Below are positions 1 to 8,819 of a stretch of DNA of 64,000 bases, one piece after another; the stretch's first letter is position 1; every line of letters starts with the position of its first letter. This DNA comes from Vulcanimicrobiota bacterium (GTDB lineage Bacteria; Vulcanimicrobiota; Vulcanimicrobiia; Vulcanimicrobiales; Vulcanimicrobiaceae), in the NCBI GenBank assembly GCA_003140835.1, contig PLLA01000119.1:167987-231986 (forward strand), read 5' to 3'. The notes under the pieces were generated by a model. The model saw only the letters and a program-made list of their open reading frames with translations. It did not search any database and was not told where the DNA came from. The position numbers and the translations under genes were made by a program.

Positions 1-833
1 ACGACTTCTTCGCGCGAGCGATAGGTGCGGTCGTCATCGTCGGTCGTGTGGGAGAGGAACCGGTAGCACTTCGCTTCGACCAGCGTCGGGCCGCCACCGC
101 ATCGCGCGCGGTCCATCGCCTCTTTGACGGCGGCGTAACAGGCGATCGCATCCATACCGTCGACCATCACGCCCGGGATGCCGTAGCCCTCGGCGCGCTT
201 GTAGAGGTCCGGCTGCGCGGTTTGTTTGGAGAGCGGCGTCGAGATGGCCCACTCGTTGTTCTCGCACAGGAAAACGATTGGGAGCGCATGTACGGCGGCA
301 AAGTTGATCGATTCGTGCCATTCGCCTTCGCTCGTCGCGCCGTCGCCGAAGGTCACCAGCACCGCGCGTCCGCGCTCTTTGCGGTACTGCAACGCGTAAG
401 CAGCGCCGACGGCGTGCGGCAGCTGCGCGGCGATCACCGAGCTGATGGTGTGAAGACCGAGAGTTCGGTTGGCGTAGTGATGCGGAAACTGACGCCCGGC
501 TGAGTGGTCGGCGGCTCGCGCGAACAGCGACAAGAGCACTTCGTACGGGGTCAGGCCGATCCCCAGCTCGAGCCCGAGGTCGCGATAGTACGGGACGAGG
601 ATGTCCTTCCCACGCTCGAAGGCCATGGCTGCGCCCGCCTGAACGGCTTCGTGCCCTTCGCTGGCGGATGCGAATGGGATTTTGCCTTGGCGGTTTAGCT
701 GGAAGCCGCGGTTCTCGAGCACCCGCTGCGCGAGCATGATGCGGAACATCGCGATCAATTGCGCGTCCGAAAGACCATGCCGCTCGAAGGCTTTTGCCTT
801 GGCGGACGACGGCGCATCGTTGTGAACGGACAT
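1..833 (-). CDS. 2-oxoacid (pyruvate/branched-chain) dehydrogenase E1 component alpha subunit, TPP-dependent; C-terminal part cut by window edge
   Basis: Own minus-strand translation from ATG (complement 831-833): MSVHNDAPSSAKAKAFERHGLSDAQLIAMFRIMLAQRVLENRGFQLNRQGKIPFASASEGHEAVQ...FGDGATSEGEWHESINFAAVHALPIVFLCENNEWAISTP. This is the typical E1-alpha TPP-binding pattern. Absent from the ORF track because it runs off the window. Confidence 0.85.
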   Translation of the reverse strand, partial: MSVHNDAPSSAKAKAFERHGLSDAQLIAMFRIMLAQRVLENRGFQLNRQGKIPFASASEGHEAVQAGAAMAFERGKDILVPYYRDLGLELGIGLTPYEVLLSLFARAADHSAGRQFPHHYANRTLGLHTISSVIAAQLPHAVGAAYALQYRKERGRAVLVTFGDGATSEGEWHESINFAAVHALPIVFLCENNEWAISTPLSKQTAQPDLYKRAEGYGIPGVMVDGMDAIACYAAVKEAMDRARCGGGPTLVEAKCYRFLSHTTDDDDRTYRSREEV

Positions 834-936
834 ATAGGAGGATGCTACTCGCCTCCGCCTTTGCCCAAATCCTGCGGTGCGGACCGCCGGTGCCTCACGG
901 GAACCCCGCGCTCGCAGGCCGTAGAGCCTCAATCCG

Positions 937-2100
937 ATGCCGCATCACCCGCTTGCCGTCCCCCGAGACGAGTTAATTCGCTATCGGCGCCACTTTCACG
1001 CCCACCCGGAGCTATCGCTGGAGGAGTTCGAAACGGCGGCCTTCATCGTGCGCGAGCTGAGCGGAAGCGGGCTCGACGCATTGCGAACCGAGGTCGGAAA
1101 AACGGGCATTTTGGCCACCCTTCACGGCGGGAAGCCCGGGCCGGTAACGCTCCTGCGTGCCGACATGGATGGGTTGCCGGTGTCGGAACTCAACGAGGTC
1201 GAATATCGTTCGACGCGCGAGCGGGCGATGCACGCGTGCGGCCACGACGGCCACATGGCGATTCTGCTATCGGCCGCACGAGCGCTGGCGACACGGCGGG
1301 CGGACGTCCCGGGAACCATCGTTTTTTGTTTCCAGCCCGGCGAGGAAGGTCTGGCCGGCAACCGGCTTATGATCGAAGACGGCGCGCTCGAGAGTCCTCA
1401 CGTCGACCGCACCTTCGCCCTTCACCTGTACAGTGGGCTCGAAGCCGGTCGCGTCGGAATCCGCGATGGGCCGTTCTTCGCCGCGTCGGATCGCTTCACG
1501 ATCGTGCTGACCGGTAAGGGCGGCCACGGGGCGATGCCGCAAGCCGCCATCGACCCGATCGTCGGCGCCGCGCAACTGGTCAATGCGTTGCAAACGTTGA
1601 GCAGCCGCGAGATCGCGCCGAAGGATCCCGTCGTCGTTACCGTCGGATCGCTTCACGCGGGCACGACGTTCAACGTCATTCCCGATCGCGCCGAACTCAA
1701 CGGCACCGTGCGGACCTTCGACGACGTCGTTCGGCGATCGATGCCGGAACGCATCGAGCGCATCGTCGGCGGCGTATGCGAGGCGATGCGGCTGCACTAC
1801 GAATTCGAATACGGCTGGGGATATCCGCCGACGGTCAACGACGCGGCGACGAACGACGTCGTGCGCGAGGTTGCGCGCGCGGTGGCCGGTGACGCGAACG
1901 TCGTCGATCCGCACGACATTTTGATGTGGTCTGAAGACATGGCCTACATGCAGCACCAACGCCCGGGCGCATACTTTGTGGTCGGCGTGCGCGGACCGGA
2001 AAAAGGCATCGAACCGCAGCATAGTCCGCGTTACGATATCGACGAAAGCGCCCTAGCGGTCGGCTTTGAAATGATGGTCGGCATCGGACTCCACGGCTAG
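937..2100 (+). CDS. M20 family amidohydrolase (N-acyl-amino-acid amidohydrolase / hippurate hydrolase-like)
   Basis: 387-aa ORF with HPELSLEE, HACGHDGH and FQPGEEG metal-binding motifs characteristic of M20D peptidases. Confidence 0.85.
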   Translation: MPHHPLAVPRDELIRYRRHFHAHPELSLEEFETAAFIVRELSGSGLDALRTEVGKTGILATLHGGKPGPVTLLRADMDGLPVSELNEVEYRSTRERAMHACGHDGHMAILLSAARALATRRADVPGTIVFCFQPGEEGLAGNRLMIEDGALESPHVDRTFALHLYSGLEAGRVGIRDGPFFAASDRFTIVLTGKGGHGAMPQAAIDPIVGAAQLVNALQTLSSREIAPKDPVVVTVGSLHAGTTFNVIPDRAELNGTVRTFDDVVRRSMPERIERIVGGVCEAMRLHYEFEYGWGYPPTVNDAATNDVVREVARAVAGDANVVDPHDILMWSEDMAYMQHQRPGAYFVVGVRGPEKGIEPQHSPRYDIDESALAVGFEMMVGIGLHG

Positions 2101-2102
2101 TT

Positions 2103-2329
2103 TGTCATCCTGAGCGGAGCGCCGTAGGCGCGCAGTGAAGGGCGCGTTGCACGAACGACGTGCCACCCTCGGGACGTTCGCTTTTTCGGATCCGTCCGAA
2201 AAAGCTACTGCATGGCGCGTCGCTCCCGGCATCCGGCCTCCGCTCCGCGTCCATAGCCCTCGGGTTGGCACGTCGTTCGCGCGCGGTATCCTTCGACTGC
2301 GGCGCTTCGCGCCTCCGTCTAGGATGACA
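2103..2329. repeat. MITE/REP-like nested-hairpin element with GTCATCCT termini
   Basis: Imperfect terminal inverted repeats: TGTCATCCTGAGCGGAGCGCC versus the reverse complement of GCGCCTCCGTCTAGGATGACA. Inner arms 2152-2173 and 2257-2279 pair. Central perfect 11-bp hairpin at 2180-2205. The termini recur at 19784 and 20510-20571. Confidence 0.65.
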
Positions 2330-2336
2330 ATGGGAA

Positions 2337-2687
2337 CTAAGGTTCGTCGTTTTCGGTGACGGTTAGGACCCAACGGATGGCGCGCGAGTACTGGTCCAGT
2401 TCGCGCAGCGATTGCTGCAGCCATCGATAGGCATCGTCAGATGAGCCACCCGCGCGCCGCGCGCGTTCGAGCGCAGCGGCAAACGCGACAGCCGCTTCGA
2501 GCTGGCGTTCGAGATGCGGCCACTGCTCGAGCAACGCAGCTTCCGATGGTTCGACGAGACGATCGATGACCGGCGGAGCCGGCTCGCCCGAACGGCGCAT
2601 CGCGAATTCCAGCCGCGCCAATGCGTAATGGCTTCGTGCCGATATAAACGAAGCAAGGAGCCGCACCAGCCGCACGTCCATCGCCAC
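2337..2687 (-). CDS. hypothetical protein (helical, no recognised family)
   Basis: 116-aa ORF with balanced Ala/Leu/Glu composition. The competing frames are Arg/Ser-rich shadows. Confidence 0.45.
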   Translation of the reverse strand: MAMDVRLVRLLASFISARSHYALARLEFAMRRSGEPAPPVIDRLVEPSEAALLEQWPHLERQLEAAVAFAAALERARRAGGSSDDAYRWLQQSLRELDQYSRAIRWVLTVTENDEP

Positions 2688-2725
2688 GGCATTTTCTGCC
2701 GTAGGCTGGCCGCCGCCTACGGCGA

Positions 2726-4021
2726 ATGGCCCCGGAATCGGTACTTCCCGAACGAGTAAACGGCGATCGAATGGAGGATCATTTGGCGAATTCGGACGTT
2801 CGCAGGTACGTTATCGTCGGAAACGGTTTTGCCGGCACGACGGCTGCGGAGCAACTTCGGAAACACGAGCCATCGTGCGAAATCGCGCTATTCGGCGACG
2901 AGCCTTACACGTTGTACAATCGCATCTCGCTGCCGCCGATGTTGCGAAAACAGATTCCTGAGGCGAAGGTGATGATTCGCAATCTCGCGTGGCACGAAGA
3001 GCATCGCATCGACCTTCACTTGCGCACGCGCGTCGATCGCATCATTCCGGAGGAGCGCGTCGTCGAAGCCGATGGAAAGAGCTATCCGTACGACGCGCTA
3101 CTGGTTGCGACCGGCGGCCGCCCAAATCCGACCGGTAAACCCGGTTCCGACGGCGCCGAAAACCTCTACCCTTTTCAATATCTCGACGATACCCGGTCGA
3201 TCTCCGAACAAATCGATCGCAGCCGGGCGGCGGTGGCGATCGGCGGATCGTTCATCGCCTACGAACTCGCCGAGGCCTTCTCGTCGCGAGGAATCGAAAC
3301 GCACTGGCTGATGCGCGGCCCCCGCGCGCTCCATCGGGTGATCGACGAGGTCGCCGGAGAGCTGCTGCACGAGGCGGCCGCCGCCGACGGCGTTTACATG
3401 CACTACGGCGAGGAAGTTGACGAGTTCGTGCGATCCAACGGCGTCATCACTAAAGTTCGTACCACGGGCGGCCAGGAAATAGAGGCCCAATGCTACGGGT
3501 ACGGATTTGGTTTGCGGATGAATACCGAACTGTGCGACGGCACGGGTATAGAAACCAGCCGGAACGGAATTTTGTGCGACGATCGGCTGGAGACCAACAT
3601 CCGAGGGATCTTTGCCGCCGGCGACGTCGCCGACTTCTTCGACCCGATCCTGGAAATGCGCTATCGCATGGGTACGTGGAACAATGCCGGCGCGCACGGG
3701 AAAGTCGTCGCTCTCAATATGATCGGCGGCAGCGAAGTGTATCACGACGTTCCCGAATACTCGTCGCTCCTCTTCAAAGGTCAGACGATCACCCAGTTCG
3801 GCATGGGTCCGGAGTTGCGATCCGATCTCGAGATGGTTCGTAAGGTCGACCGCGAGAAGAAGTGGTATCGAGCGTTGTTTTTCTGGCAAGAGCGTCTGGT
3901 CGGCGGTTTGATGCTCGGCAAAGGCAATCGTGCCGGCAAGCGCAAGTACGTCGAGGCAATCAAGAACAAACAGCGATTCCCTAAGCCGGAGTGGCAGCCC
4001 ATGCTGGATTGGACGGCGTAG
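2726..4021 (+). CDS. NAD(P)/FAD-dependent pyridine nucleotide-disulfide oxidoreductase
   Basis: Motifs YVIVGNGFAG (FAD), ATGGRP, AIGGSFIAYELA (NAD) and FAAGDVA. An alternative ATG start at 2771 is possible. Confidence 0.8.
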   Translation: MAPESVLPERVNGDRMEDHLANSDVRRYVIVGNGFAGTTAAEQLRKHEPSCEIALFGDEPYTLYNRISLPPMLRKQIPEAKVMIRNLAWHEEHRIDLHLRTRVDRIIPEERVVEADGKSYPYDALLVATGGRPNPTGKPGSDGAENLYPFQYLDDTRSISEQIDRSRAAVAIGGSFIAYELAEAFSSRGIETHWLMRGPRALHRVIDEVAGELLHEAAAADGVYMHYGEEVDEFVRSNGVITKVRTTGGQEIEAQCYGYGFGLRMNTELCDGTGIETSRNGILCDDRLETNIRGIFAAGDVADFFDPILEMRYRMGTWNNAGAHGKVVALNMIGGSEVYHDVPEYSSLLFKGQTITQFGMGPELRSDLEMVRKVDREKKWYRALFFWQERLVGGLMLGKGNRAGKRKYVEAIKNKQRFPKPEWQPMLDWTA

Positions 4022-4113
4022 GCAGGCCTGGCGCCCTCGAGCGAGGGAAGGCCGCCGGCCGCCGCGCGCTGAAGCGCTGGTGACCATATTTTTTGAGTGA
4101 GGATGACGTTTTT

Positions 4114-4629
4114 ATGCGGTTCAAGACTGCGATAGCATTTTCGTGCGCCCTAGCGGCGTTGGTTGGAGTTGCGCGTGCGGCCACCGTCGACGATGCCACG
4201 CAGAAGGCGTTGACGGCGGATTACGCGTTGCGGTGCACCGCGGCGTTCGATCCGAGCGATACCAACCTCGACGCGGCATTCAGCGTGCTCGCACCCGAGT
4301 TCGTCGGCGTCGATCCGAAAGGTACGCAAGTCAGCCGTGCCGAGGTCGTCGGTCAGGGAAAGCAACAGCTGAAAATGCTGCACGCAACCGCGTGCGACAA
4401 TAAGATAGAATCGTTCACCGCATCCGACCCGGCCACGATCGTGATCGCGAACACGTTCCATCTCGAAGGCGAGTTGCAGGCACCCGACGGCAAGCACGAC
4501 TTGGTCGTAACCGAGAAGTCGCAGGATACGTGGAAGAACGAAAGCGGCAAGTGGATGGCGTCGCAGAGCAAGGATACTCAAATCCTCGTGAAGATCGACG
4601 GGAACGTCGTTCAAGACCTGGGCGGATAG
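4114..4629 (+). CDS. secreted NTF2-like (SnoaL/DUF4440-type) protein
   Basis: ATG at 4114 preceded by GAGGA. Signal peptide MRFKTAIAFSCALAALVGVARA, and a body typical of NTF2-fold proteins. The track ORF starts at an upstream TTG (4093). Confidence 0.65.
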   Translation: MRFKTAIAFSCALAALVGVARAATVDDATQKALTADYALRCTAAFDPSDTNLDAAFSVLAPEFVGVDPKGTQVSRAEVVGQGKQQLKMLHATACDNKIESFTASDPATIVIANTFHLEGELQAPDGKHDLVVTEKSQDTWKNESGKWMASQSKDTQILVKIDGNVVQDLGG

Positions 4630-4637
4630 GAGCCCTC

Positions 4638-7600
4638 ATTCCTCGGGCGTGGCGGCGCGTCGCGGTTACGGTAGCCGCTTGCGCCATGGCTCTGCTACCG
4701 CGGCTGGCGTCGGCCGATCAAAGCCCCATCGGGCAGATGCGTTGGCGAATATTGGGGCCGGCATTGCCCGAAGGCCGCGCGACGTCGGTAGCCGGAAGCA
4801 ACGCGCATGCGCTGCTGTATTATGCCGGGACGGCGGGCGGCGGCGTTTGGAAGACGACCGACGGCGGCGCGTCATGGCAGAACGTTTCCGACTCCATCGG
4901 CCTGGCGTCGGTCGGCGCCGTCGCCGTCGATCCAGCCGACGATCAGAACGTATGGGCTGGAGCGGGCGAAACGAATCCGCGCAACGACGTCATCCCGGAA
5001 AGCGGTCTGTTCCACTCGGTCAACGGCGGCCGGTCGTGGGAAAAGTTGAGTTTCACCGGAGCCGGCGGCATCTCGCGAATTCTGCTCGATCCTAAGAATC
5101 CAAAGCACGTCGTCGTCGGCGTTCTTGGAGATCCTTTCGCACCGGACGATGCACGCGGCGTCTACGCTTCGTTCGACGGAGGCGTCTCGTTTTCCAAGAC
5201 GCTCTACCTCTCCGATCGGTCCGGTGCAAGCGATCTCGCGATGGATCCACGCGACCCGGCCATCATCTTCGCGGGAATGTGGCACGTTTTGCGACGGCCG
5301 TGGCAGCTTACCAGCGGGAGCACCGACGACGACGGACTCTTTCGTTCGAGCGACGGCGGCCGAACCTGGAGTAAAATAACCGGCGGCGGTTTTCCGGCCG
5401 GCCCAATAGGACGTATCGGCATCGCCATCGCACCATCGTTGCCGTCGCGAGTGTACGCGCTGGTGGAGTCGCACGAAGGCGTGCTGTGGCGCTCCGACGA
5501 CGGCGGCGTCACGTGGAAAGCGATCAGCAAGGATACGCTCGCCAACCAACGGCCGTTCTATTTTTCGCACGTCGGCGTTTCGCCGACCGATCCGGATACG
5601 GTTTACGGCGTGAGCATGCTGCTGGCGACGTCGTACGACGGTGGCGCCAAGTTCAATCTGTCGGCATTTGGAGTCCATCCCGATCTCCACGAGCTGTGGA
5701 TGTCTTCCGACGGGCAGCGCATGGCGCTGGCAGGCGACGGCGGCGTCGCGATTTCGACCAATCGTGGAGCCACCTGGACGAACTCCCGCAACATTCCGGT
5801 CGGGCAAGCGTATCGAATCGGCCTTTCGAACGCGACGCCGTATCTGGTCTGCGCCGGGCTGCAAGACAACGACGCCTACTGCGGGCCAGCGTTTACCGGC
5901 AACTCGGACGGCATCACGAATCGCGATTGGTTCAAAGTCGTCGAGGGCGACGGAGAATGGACGGTTCCCGATCCGTTGCATTCGCGGCTGATCTGGGCCG
6001 ACGCCGAAAACGGCGAGATCGAAGTGTTCGACCGCGTGTCCCACGATACCGAAAACGTTCGTCCCTACCGCGGCACGGCCGAAGAAGACTTCGTGCTGGC
6101 GAAGTCGCGCTTTCGCTTTAACTGGCAGTCGCCGATCGCGTTCGCGGCTTACGATCCGGCGATCGCATTCATCGGAGCGAACGTTCTGTTCGAAACGCGC
6201 GATCGCGGCCGCCATTGGCGGGTCGTCAGCCCGGACCTTACCCGCAACGACAAGTCGAAACAGCAAATCTCGAAAAACTCCGTCACGCAGGACGAATCGG
6301 GCGCCGAGAATTACGGAACGCTCTTGGACATCGGTACGTCGCCGCTGCACCGAGGTGCGATCTGGACCGGTTCGGACGACGGTTTGGTGTATTTGACGCT
6401 GGACGGCGGCAAGCACTGGCGCAACGTGACGCCACCGGGCCTGCCGGCCGACAGCGCGGTCGAGAGCGTCGCTCCCTCGACGCTGGCGGACGGGACCGCG
6501 TACGTTTCGGCCGATCGCCACGCCATGGGCGATCGCGGCGCGTACGTCTACGTTACGCGGGACTTCGGCGCGCACTGGCAGAGGGTGAGCGACGGAATAC
6601 CCCCGGGTGAGTACGTCCGAGCAGTTCGGCCGGACATCCGCAACCCGAAGATGGTCTACGCCGGAACCAATCGCGGCATGTACGTCTCGTGTAACGGCGG
6701 TGCGTCGTGGCAGGCGTTTGCCAACAACATGCCGGTCGTCGAAGTGCGCGACATCCGATTCCAGCCCCAATTCGACGATCTGGTAATCGCAACGCACGGG
6801 CGAGCGGTCTGGGTGATGGACGACATGCGAATCGCGCAAGCCGCCGGTTGTGGGAAGCCGGCAACGAATCTGGTGGTCGGCCCGCGTCCGGCGATCGCAC
6901 TCAATCAGTATCGCGACGATGAAGGGAACTACAACGATTTCGTCGCGCCCCAACCCGGCGGCACATTTTTGACCGGCGGCGGTCCGGTCGCAAAGGTATA
7001 CTACTGGCTTCCGCAGCAAGCCGCGCACCGGCCGACGATCGACGTCTACGATGCCGGCGGCCATCGGGTACGGCATATCCAAGGCGAACACGACGTCTTT
7101 ACCGGAAAAGAATCGTCCTCATACTGGTTGAGCAACACCGTCGGTAAGAACGAGTTTCTCTACGATTTTACGGTCGACGGTCCGGTTCGATACGAGGGCG
7201 CGCCGTTTTTCTTTCGCGGTCCCGACGAAGGCCCGCAGCTTCCGCCGGGCCATTACACGCTGGCCTTCCATCTCGACGGGAGAACGTATCGCTTTCCCAT
7301 CGAGGAACGTGCCGATCCGGCGTCGTCAACGACGCAGTACGAATACGACCAACAGTTCGCTGCGCGCAAGCGATACTACGACCTACTCGGTCGCGTCGAC
7401 GTCATGCTCAACGAACTCGACCGCGTTCGCAGCCAGCTCACCGACGAGAAGAACGGCCTCAAGGGTGCCGGCTCGGCGACGTCCGCCAAAGTCCAGGGCA
7501 TGATCGACGACACTGCCGTCGTCGTCGATTCCCTGACGTCCTCGCCGAAGAACTTCGAGGACTCCATCCAAAAGCAGGGCCAGTATCGCGAAGATGCGCT

Positions 7601-7781
7601 CGCCCTGACGACCGCCGAGCCGCTGGCGCAGGCCACGTTGGAACTCTACGCGCTTCTCGAATCGGGTTACTCGCATCGAGCGCTCGCTTACGGCGCGTGG
7701 GCGCGAAACGTCGCCGCCTGGAACGCCGAACTCACGTCGGCCGGCCTGAAGCCGGTGTCCGTTCCGGCGGCGATTCGCTAG
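4638..7781 (+). CDS. BNR/Asp-box repeat exoprotein (sortilin/VPS10- or GH74-like beta-propellers)
   Basis: At least 10 Asp-box repeats (TTDGGASW, SVNGGRSW, SSDGGRTW, RSDDGGVTW, TNRGATW, TLDGGKHW, SCNGGASW ...). The start is uncertain. The GTGs at 4530 and 4551 overlap the upstream gene by 79-100 nt. ATT 4638 follows GGAG and gives a complete signal peptide. ATG 4686 gives none. Confidence 0.85.
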   Translation: MPRAWRRVAVTVAACAMALLPRLASADQSPIGQMRWRILGPALPEGRATSVAGSNAHALLYYAGTAGGGVWKTTDGGASWQNVSDSIGLASVGAVAVDPADDQNVWAGAGETNPRNDVIPESGLFHSVNGGRSWEKLSFTGAGGISRILLDPKNPKHVVVGVLGDPFAPDDARGVYASFDGGVSFSKTLYLSDRSGASDLAMDPRDPAIIFAGMWHVLRRPWQLTSGSTDDDGLFRSSDGGRTWSKITGGGFPAGPIGRIGIAIAPSLPSRVYALVESHEGVLWRSDDGGVTWKAISKDTLANQRPFYFSHVGVSPTDPDTVYGVSMLLATSYDGGAKFNLSAFGVHPDLHELWMSSDGQRMALAGDGGVAISTNRGATWTNSRNIPVGQAYRIGLSNATPYLVCAGLQDNDAYCGPAFTGNSDGITNRDWFKVVEGDGEWTVPDPLHSRLIWADAENGEIEVFDRVSHDTENVRPYRGTAEEDFVLAKSRFRFNWQSPIAFAAYDPAIAFIGANVLFETRDRGRHWRVVSPDLTRNDKSKQQISKNSVTQDESGAENYGTLLDIGTSPLHRGAIWTGSDDGLVYLTLDGGKHWRNVTPPGLPADSAVESVAPSTLADGTAYVSADRHAMGDRGAYVYVTRDFGAHWQRVSDGIPPGEYVRAVRPDIRNPKMVYAGTNRGMYVSCNGGASWQAFANNMPVVEVRDIRFQPQFDDLVIATHGRAVWVMDDMRIAQAAGCGKPATNLVVGPRPAIALNQYRDDEGNYNDFVAPQPGGTFLTGGGPVAKVYYWLPQQAAHRPTIDVYDAGGHRVRHIQGEHDVFTGKESSSYWLSNTVGKNEFLYDFTVDGPVRYEGAPFFFRGPDEGPQLPPGHYTLAFHLDGRTYRFPIEERADPASSTTQYEYDQQFAARKRYYDLLGRVDVMLNELDRVRSQLTDEKNGLKGAGSATSAKVQGMIDDTAVVVDSLTSSPKNFEDSIQKQGQYREDALALTTAEPLAQATLELYALLESGYSHRALAYGAWARNVAAWNAELTSAGLKPVSVPAAIR

Positions 7782-7785
7782 TCGG

Positions 7786-8817
7786 CTAGGACGCGCACGC
7801 GCGCGCGATGGCGTCGGCGAAGCCGTCGACGTCGCCGGGCGTCGTCGCCCAGTGCGTCATCCAGCGCGCTTCCAAAAGCCCTTCGCCGAAGAGATAGAAG
7901 AAAAATTCTCGCTGCAAGCGCTCCAACGCGCGTGCGTCGAGAGTTGCGAAGATCGCGTTGCAGCGAATCGGACGCGTGATCCGGACCCCATCGATCGCGC
8001 GCAGGCGCTCCGCCAGCCGCGACGTCATCGCGTTGGCGTGTGCGGCGTAGCGCAACCAGCGGTCGCCGGCCAGCAGCGCTTCGAACTGCGCGCCGAGATA
8101 GCGCATTTTCGAAGCGAGTTGCATGGCCTGCTTCACCACGAACGGCGCCGCACCGGCGTGCTGCGCCGGCCGAAAGAAGCAGATCGCCTCGCCGAGCAGA
8201 AGGCCGTTCTTGGTGCCGCCGAACGTGAGCACGTCGACGCCGGCGTCCACCGTAAGCGTACGCGGAGTAACGCCCAGCGCGGCCGCCGCGTTGGCGATTC
8301 GCGCACCGTCGACGTGCACCAGCAGGTCGTGCCGATGGGCGAACGCGCACAGTTCCGCGATCTCGTCCAACTCATACACGTCCCCGAACTCGGTTGCCTG
8401 CGTGATCGAGATCACGCGCGGTTGCGGGAAATGGACCGCGTGTCCGGGGAGGAGGTAAGGCTCGACGTCCGCCGGGCGCAGCTTGCCGCCGCCGGTGGCA
8501 ACCGGCAAGACTTTCGAGCCGCTAAAGCGCTCGAAGGCACCGCATTCGTCGGTCTGCAGATGGGCGGTTGCCGGGCACAACACCGCCTCCCACGGACGCA
8601 GCAGCGAGCTCAGCGCGGCGACGTTGGCGCCGGTGCCGGTGAACGCGAAATGCACGTCGACGTCATCGCCGAAGTGCTCCCGAAAGCGCGCGAGCGCTCG
8701 GGCAGTCCACTCGTCGCCGCCGTAACCGACGGCGTCGCCGGAGTTCGCGGCGACGATCGCGTCGAGAATTTCCGGTGCGACCGGAGCGGTGTTGTCGCTG
8801 GCGAAGCTGCGTTGCAT
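7786..8817 (-). CDS. ltaE: low-specificity L-threonine aldolase (beta-eliminating lyase family)
   Basis: MQRSFASDNTAPVAPEIL..., GYGGDEWT, FTGTGANV, TFGGTKNG (PLP lysine). Start taken at ATG 8817, 3 nt after the upstream stop. The longer track ORF is an Arg-rich extension. Confidence 0.85.
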   Translation of the reverse strand: MQRSFASDNTAPVAPEILDAIVAANSGDAVGYGGDEWTARALARFREHFGDDVDVHFAFTGTGANVAALSSLLRPWEAVLCPATAHLQTDECGAFERFSGSKVLPVATGGGKLRPADVEPYLLPGHAVHFPQPRVISITQATEFGDVYELDEIAELCAFAHRHDLLVHVDGARIANAAAALGVTPRTLTVDAGVDVLTFGGTKNGLLLGEAICFFRPAQHAGAAPFVVKQAMQLASKMRYLGAQFEALLAGDRWLRYAAHANAMTSRLAERLRAIDGVRITRPIRCNAIFATLDARALERLQREFFFYLFGEGLLEARWMTHWATTPGDVDGFADAIARACAS

Positions 8818-8819
8818 TC

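Noticed and set aside
4872-7091. 739-aa minus-strand ORF inside the BNR gene. Similar long antisense or off-frame ORFs include 1267-2022, 3098-4087, 13825-14700, 38313-39641, 56374-57150, 57633-58640 and 59213-60337.
   Set aside because: They are Arg/Ser/Pro/Gly-rich with no motifs, and each lies opposite or out of frame to an ORF with clear family signatures. Open shadow frames are expected in high-GC DNA.
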